DNA from: Pseudomonadota bacterium
GTDB lineage: Bacteria > Bdellovibrionota_F > JAHFAK01 > JBDREC01
Assembly: GCA_043820105.1 (NCBI GenBank)
Contig: JBDREC010000065.1
Location: forward strand, 62,001 to 113,968
Direction of reading: 5' to 3'
Length of the DNA: 51,968 nt
The notes beneath the pieces were generated by a model. The model saw only the letters and a list, made by a program, of their open reading frames with translations, had not been told where the DNA came from and ran no database searches. This document shows, piece after piece, positions 47,315-51,968 of this stretch. The stretch's first letter is position 1, and each line of letters opens with the position of its first letter. The position numbers were made by a program, and so were the translations under genes.

Positions 47315-49243
47315 TTAATCCTTAATGGATGAAACCGGGTGACAAACAGTACATAGACCAGATGAAAATTCAGTTGATTGTCGCAAAAAACTGTTATTTA
47401 TATCACCCTCACGATTATTTCTGTAATCCCTAATCATTCCATTGATTTTTGAATCCCAAATGTGGCTTGAATGACAAGTCAAACAAGTCATCATTCCCCC
47501 TTTTGTCTTATTTCCTAATTCGTCAAAAAGTGGTACTGTTTTAAAAATAGTGTTTATATTTTTAGCAAGCTTGGTATCCTTTAACGGCTTATCTACCATG
47601 TGAACATCGCTCATATGAATTGCTTTCTTTGAGGCAATTCCGATTTTATTATGACATTCCAAACATAACATATTAAGATAGTTTTTATTTGAGGGAATAA
47701 ATCTAGCCCATAAAAGCTTTGATTGAGCATTGTGGGGAACATGACAAGCACTACAAGGACCTGAATCTTTCACAGTTTTTTGTAAAATATTTTTATCTGC
47801 TGCTGCGGTAAGCATAAGGTTATGGTCAGAGCTTAAAACTTGCTTTTTATCAGCATGACATTCAAGACAAAGAGCCGAATCCTGATTATTTGAAATTCTC
47901 AGGAAACTATTTGAGGCATCACCATCAATTGTTTTATATCCTTTGTTCATATCATCTTTTTCATCCCATTGATGAACATTATGGCAACTTGCACATTGAA
48001 TTTTTCCTTTTGAATCTTTCTTCATACCTTGCGAAAATAAGGGGAGTTTAATTTTATTATTAATATTTTTGGTTAATACAATATCCAGTTTGTGTGAATT
48101 CATCCCTATTTTTTTTATATTCTTTAATTGCTTATTCTGATGGCAGATTAAACATTCCTGATTATGACTATTTTCATTATTATAGGCAAAAGCCCAAAGT
48201 TTTGACTCCCCATGGTAATGAGGAAGATGGCAAGCGCTGCATGGGCCAGCTTCTTTAACCCTATTTTTATTAATATTCATCCAGGAAGGCATTGAAATGC
48301 TCAAATCATGTTTTGTACCTATAATTGCTTTCTGATTTTTATGACAAGTAATGCACATCTGAGATTTACTGTTGTCAGATAATAAAAGCTTTTTGTTTTT
48401 TATTTTATGATTTCTATGACAGCTTATACAAAGCAGCTGATTATTTTCTGTGAAAACAGCACCTTTTGTTTTTAGATTTTTAACAACTTCATCCATGTTC
48501 TTTTCATTCTTTAAATTTGAAAAACCTGGTTTTTCTTCTTTCTTAACTTGCCTTAATTCTGTATGACACCTTATGCATAATTCATTATCCATTTTATCTT
48601 TTATTAAAAGGTTTGAATATGAAGGGCCATGGGTAACATGACATGATTCACAATAAATAAAACTACTCTTGTTTTTTCGTTGTAATTCATCTTGAAGATG
48701 TTGATTGGCAACTTTTTTATTTGTTTTTCCAGTCGGATGATTCATTTTAGGCTCAGATTCTTTTTTATGACACATTTTGCACATTTGGGAATTAATATTT
48801 GAAACTCGCAAGAAAATGGTTTCCTTATTAATATTTTTGCCTGGTATGACATGAGGTGTGTGACAGGTAGCACATTGCACCCTACCTTCTGAATCCAGAG
48901 GAAAGGAATTCGGAATCTCCATACTTTCAGGTGGCGCTTTATCAACCTTATGCCCAGATAAACTTGAAAGCTTTAACCTTGAATCAACAACACTTCCATC
49001 ATGACAGGATTGACACATCTCTTGACTTGATACAACTTTTTCAGCCTGAAATTCAACTAGATCAGTCCCTTTTGAATAGATAAAAAAAGTATCCAGCCAT
49101 CTATAATGACATATGGCGCATTCTTTGGCTGAATTTCTAGAGATATTAGGATCTTCAGAGCCATGCAAGGATAAAGTAAGCCAAGATAATACTACATAAA
49201 AAAGAATTAAAATTTGTATGTTTGCTGTTATTTTTTTATGCAT
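47315..49243 (-). CDS. Basic 16-heme cytochrome c (paired CXXCH...H / LCxxCH type)
   Basis: 16 CXXCH motifs, signal peptide, internal duplication (HDL/HNL...GPCSACH.PH...SKL.W). Confidence 0.9.
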   Translation of the reverse strand: MHKKITANIQILILFYVVLSWLTLSLHGSEDPNISRNSAKECAICHYRWLDTFFIYSKGTDLVEFQAEKVVSSQEMCQSCHDGSVVDSRLKLSSLSGHKVDKAPPESMEIPNSFPLDSEGRVQCATCHTPHVIPGKNINKETIFLRVSNINSQMCKMCHKKESEPKMNHPTGKTNKKVANQHLQDELQRKNKSSFIYCESCHVTHGPSYSNLLIKDKMDNELCIRCHTELRQVKKEEKPGFSNLKNEKNMDEVVKNLKTKGAVFTENNQLLCISCHRNHKIKNKKLLLSDNSKSQMCITCHKNQKAIIGTKHDLSISMPSWMNINKNRVKEAGPCSACHLPHYHGESKLWAFAYNNENSHNQECLICHQNKQLKNIKKIGMNSHKLDIVLTKNINNKIKLPLFSQGMKKDSKGKIQCASCHNVHQWDEKDDMNKGYKTIDGDASNSFLRISNNQDSALCLECHADKKQVLSSDHNLMLTAAADKNILQKTVKDSGPCSACHVPHNAQSKLLWARFIPSNKNYLNMLCLECHNKIGIASKKAIHMSDVHMVDKPLKDTKLAKNINTIFKTVPLFDELGNKTKGGMMTCLTCHSSHIWDSKINGMIRDYRNNREGDINNSFLRQSTEFSSGLCTVCHPVSSIKD

Positions 49244-49253
49244 TTCCTGTTTT

Positions 49254-50180
49254 TCACATTATTTTATAAACACTAACTTTGTTCATAAGCATTTCAACAA
49301 CTAAAAGTCTACCGGTTTTATCGACAAAAATGCCTGTAGGGGTTTTAAATTTTTTAGTCGCGTTTTCAGATTTATCTGCAATCACTGATAGAAAGTTTCC
49401 TGATTTATCAAAGATCTGAATAACACCCATATAGGAATCACTTACAAAAATTCTCTTTTCTGCATCAATAGCTACACCCTTGGGTCTGTACAATTGGCCC
49501 TTTTCCACCCCCCATTGGCCAACCAAATTTAAAAATTTCCCAGTAGTTGAAATCGCTTGAATTCTGGTATTAATGACGTCTGATATAAATAAGGAAGAAA
49601 TTCCATCGTCAGCAATTAAAAAGGGATGATTGAATTGTAATTCTTGGGCGCCTGTGGTTCCAAATTGATTTAGGAGTTTTCGTGTTTTTTTATCATAAAC
49701 AAAAACCTTGTTATTGTCATTATCAACAACAAATATATTATTTTTAACAACTGCAATATCTGTAGGATCAGACGGTGATTCACTACTAGCTGGAATATTT
49801 ATACTATACAAAAAGCTTCCGTCGGATTTAAATGTCTGAATTCTGTGATTTCCAGAATCAGCAATATATACAGCTCCATTATCATCAATATCAATTCCTA
49901 GTGGCATTTCAAATTGTCCTTTTTCTGAGCCAGGTCCTCCAAAAAACCCAATATATTTTCCACTATTATTAAAAATTTTAACCTGACTATTTACACCATC
50001 AACAATATAAATATTCCCAACAGAAGAGACTGAAACATCACTAGGATTGTTAAATTCATGTCTAATATCAAACAGATGCTTTACATGCGTATATGCAATA
50101 CAATAAGAATATTCAAAATATGAAATTATAGTAATAAAATTTATTAAAATAATTATTATTGAAAGTTTGCTTTTTTTCAC
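49254..50180 (-). CDS. Exported NHL-repeat beta-propeller protein
   Basis: Repeats F..P.GI.ID..G.VYIADSGNHRIQ; signal peptide; GTG start with GGAG RBS. Confidence 0.9.
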   Translation of the reverse strand: MKKSKLSIIIILINFITIISYFEYSYCIAYTHVKHLFDIRHEFNNPSDVSVSSVGNIYIVDGVNSQVKIFNNSGKYIGFFGGPGSEKGQFEMPLGIDIDDNGAVYIADSGNHRIQTFKSDGSFLYSINIPASSESPSDPTDIAVVKNNIFVVDNDNNKVFVYDKKTRKLLNQFGTTGAQELQFNHPFLIADDGISSLFISDVINTRIQAISTTGKFLNLVGQWGVEKGQLYRPKGVAIDAEKRIFVSDSYMGVIQIFDKSGNFLSVIADKSENATKKFKTPTGIFVDKTGRLLVVEMLMNKVSVYKIM

Positions 50181-50298
50181 TTTTTAATTCTCCATTAATT
50201 TTGTAGACATTTATATCCATATTTTTATAATAGCAAGTCAAAACATGCTGCATTCTTTAGTATTACAGCAAATTCTTCCTACAACTGAGGTGAAAATT

Positions 50299-51243
50299 AT
50301 GCCATATAATTCCAAAGTTTCCTTATTTGTTTATTTATTATTTTCAACTATAATTTGCGCTAATCCGATTTTCGCAATTGATGAAGAAGGTTGTTTAATA
50401 TGCCATAAATATCCCGGGATAGTTGCATTAAATCAAAAAGAACAGATAAAAGCTCTTCATATTGATGAACTGCTTTATTCGAAAACTAAACATGGAAAAT
50501 TCAAGTGTGGTTCGTGTCACATAGATATAAAAGAAATTCCCCATACCGGTTATGATAAAATAACTTGCATTAATGGAAATTGTCACAATCAGGAATCAAT
50601 TAATGAACTGACAAAAAAATTACCATTTAAAAACTTTCACAAAAAACAACAATCTTATCTTTTAGATATAAAAAAAGAAACATCCTGCTTGACTTGCCAT
50701 GGAATTTATCCACACAAGGAAAATAAAAAAACAAGGGCATACATCAATTTACACACTGTTTTTATGTCTTGTGAAACATGCCACATAAAACAGGATAAGC
50801 ATAAAAATTTAGTTTATAAATGGAAAAACTTTAATGGTGTAAAATTTTTTGGCACTTCTTTTGCTTCATATTACAATCCACAAATCAAAAGTGTTGAAAA
50901 AAATAAAGAGATATTTTCAATTATAGATGTATTTGAAAAGAAAAGTAATAAACTAATTCCCCTAAGCCATATGACAGATAATCCAGAAGCTGTTTTATTT
51001 TTAATCAATTCAAAAACCATTAAAAACTCTGATAAAAAGAAAGAGCTTGAATACTTCCACAGAAACATCAGAAAAAACAAAGCCAGTTCTAAATGTGATG
51101 AATGTCATTCCAATAAATCAATACTTAACTATAAAGAATTAGGGTTTGATAAAAAGAAAACAAATAATTTAATAAATTTAGAATTAAAGAACTTAGTTAG
51201 TAAATATGATAAATTTTATTTTCCAGATTTATTAAACCGATAA
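50299..51243 (+). CDS. Multiheme cytochrome c (5 CXXCH + CX4CH)
   Basis: CLICH, CGSCH, CINGNCH, CLTCH, CETCH, CDECH; signal peptide ending IFA; start reassigned to 50299 (GAGGTG RBS). Confidence 0.88.
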   Translation: MPYNSKVSLFVYLLFSTIICANPIFAIDEEGCLICHKYPGIVALNQKEQIKALHIDELLYSKTKHGKFKCGSCHIDIKEIPHTGYDKITCINGNCHNQESINELTKKLPFKNFHKKQQSYLLDIKKETSCLTCHGIYPHKENKKTRAYINLHTVFMSCETCHIKQDKHKNLVYKWKNFNGVKFFGTSFASYYNPQIKSVEKNKEIFSIIDVFEKKSNKLIPLSHMTDNPEAVLFLINSKTIKNSDKKKELEYFHRNIRKNKASSKCDECHSNKSILNYKELGFDKKKTNNLINLELKNLVSKYDKFYFPDLLNR

Positions 51244-51393
51244 TTTTTGATTTCATCAAATTAAACAGTAAAATATTTTTTAAGTAAAAAATGTTGTTAA
51301 TCATAAGAAATTAACTTTTTATCATAATTGACATTTTATTAAATGTGTATCAATACTTTTTATTGTAAGTATAATATATAAAAATTATTAAAT

Positions 51394-51828
51394 ATGAAAA
51401 TATCAACAAAAGGAAGATATGGAGCAAGGGCAATGATTGAAATTGCCTCTGCTAATAATGAAAAACCAACCACTCTATTAGAAATATCACACAACCAAGA
51501 AATATCAAAAAAATATTTACATTTTATACTTACAAGATTAAAAACAGCTGGACTAATAAAAACAGTGAAAGGTCGAACAGGGGGATATTTACTTGCAAAA
51601 AAAGCATCTGAAATAACTTTGAGAGATATTCTGATTGCTCTAGAAGGTGAACTTAAAGTTGTTGATTGTATAAAAAAGAAACAACTTTGTCACAGACACA
51701 AAAACTGTGCAACAAGACAAATTTGGCAAAAACTTGAAAAAAATATTTTTGATTGCCTTTCTAACATTACACTTGAGCAAATGCTTAATGACAACCTCAG
51801 AGTTATATCAAAACCACAAAAATCCTAA
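51394..51828 (+). CDS. Rrf2-family transcriptional regulator with three Fe-S-type Cys
   Basis: MKISTKGRYG, GRTGGYLLA, C-x6-C-x5-C. Confidence 0.93.
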   Translation: MKISTKGRYGARAMIEIASANNEKPTTLLEISHNQEISKKYLHFILTRLKTAGLIKTVKGRTGGYLLAKKASEITLRDILIALEGELKVVDCIKKKQLCHRHKNCATRQIWQKLEKNIFDCLSNITLEQMLNDNLRVISKPQKS

Positions 51829-51968
51829 AGAACATAACGGCTAACGCCGTACTGCTCACGCTTCAAGACGTGCACGTCCAAAACAGATACAAGCAAAATA
51901 TATACCAGATCTTATGACTCTTGATATCTTTACATTATTTCATTTTTTATCCGAGTAATTGCTTTATT

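Overview
AT-rich bacterial chromosomal segment. Gene content (recO-mgtE-RodZ-like-TPR lipoprotein, kinase/FGE-sulfatase fusion, LPP20, Ccs, sigma54 sites) suggests a deltaproteobacteria-like anaerobe; this is inference only. The left 22 kb is housekeeping and salvage: recO, mgtE, PfkB kinase, mtnP, pheST, yceD-rpmF-ACP-like-rpiB-glyA and a CTP-dependent lipid kinase. The fab/pls genes usually found in that locus are absent, and the ACP lacks its phosphopantetheine serine. The middle (22.8-37.8 kb) holds an atypical response regulator, a HydABC/Bfu-type electron-bifurcating flavoenzyme with a GltD-like third subunit, a sensor kinase with a degenerate sigma54 activator, an unannotated CxxG-repeat RiPP-like peptide gene with an internal stop, and a histidine ammonia-lyase-like enzyme with an Ala-Cys-Gly MIO triad. 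The right 14 kb is a self-contained putative extracellular electron transfer island. It encodes Ccs maturation, cytochrome b/c membrane modules, a porin, an NHL protein, an Rrf2 regulator and seven c-type cytochromes (73 heme motifs by manual count). One of these is an acidic 32-heme lipoprotein built from twelve ~49-aa diheme repeats that alternate CX3CH and CXXCH. Intergenic spaces carry a family of inverted hexamer/heptamer tandem-repeat elements, one of which encloses a decayed four-helix-bundle gene. No rRNA, tRNA or CRISPR array was seen.
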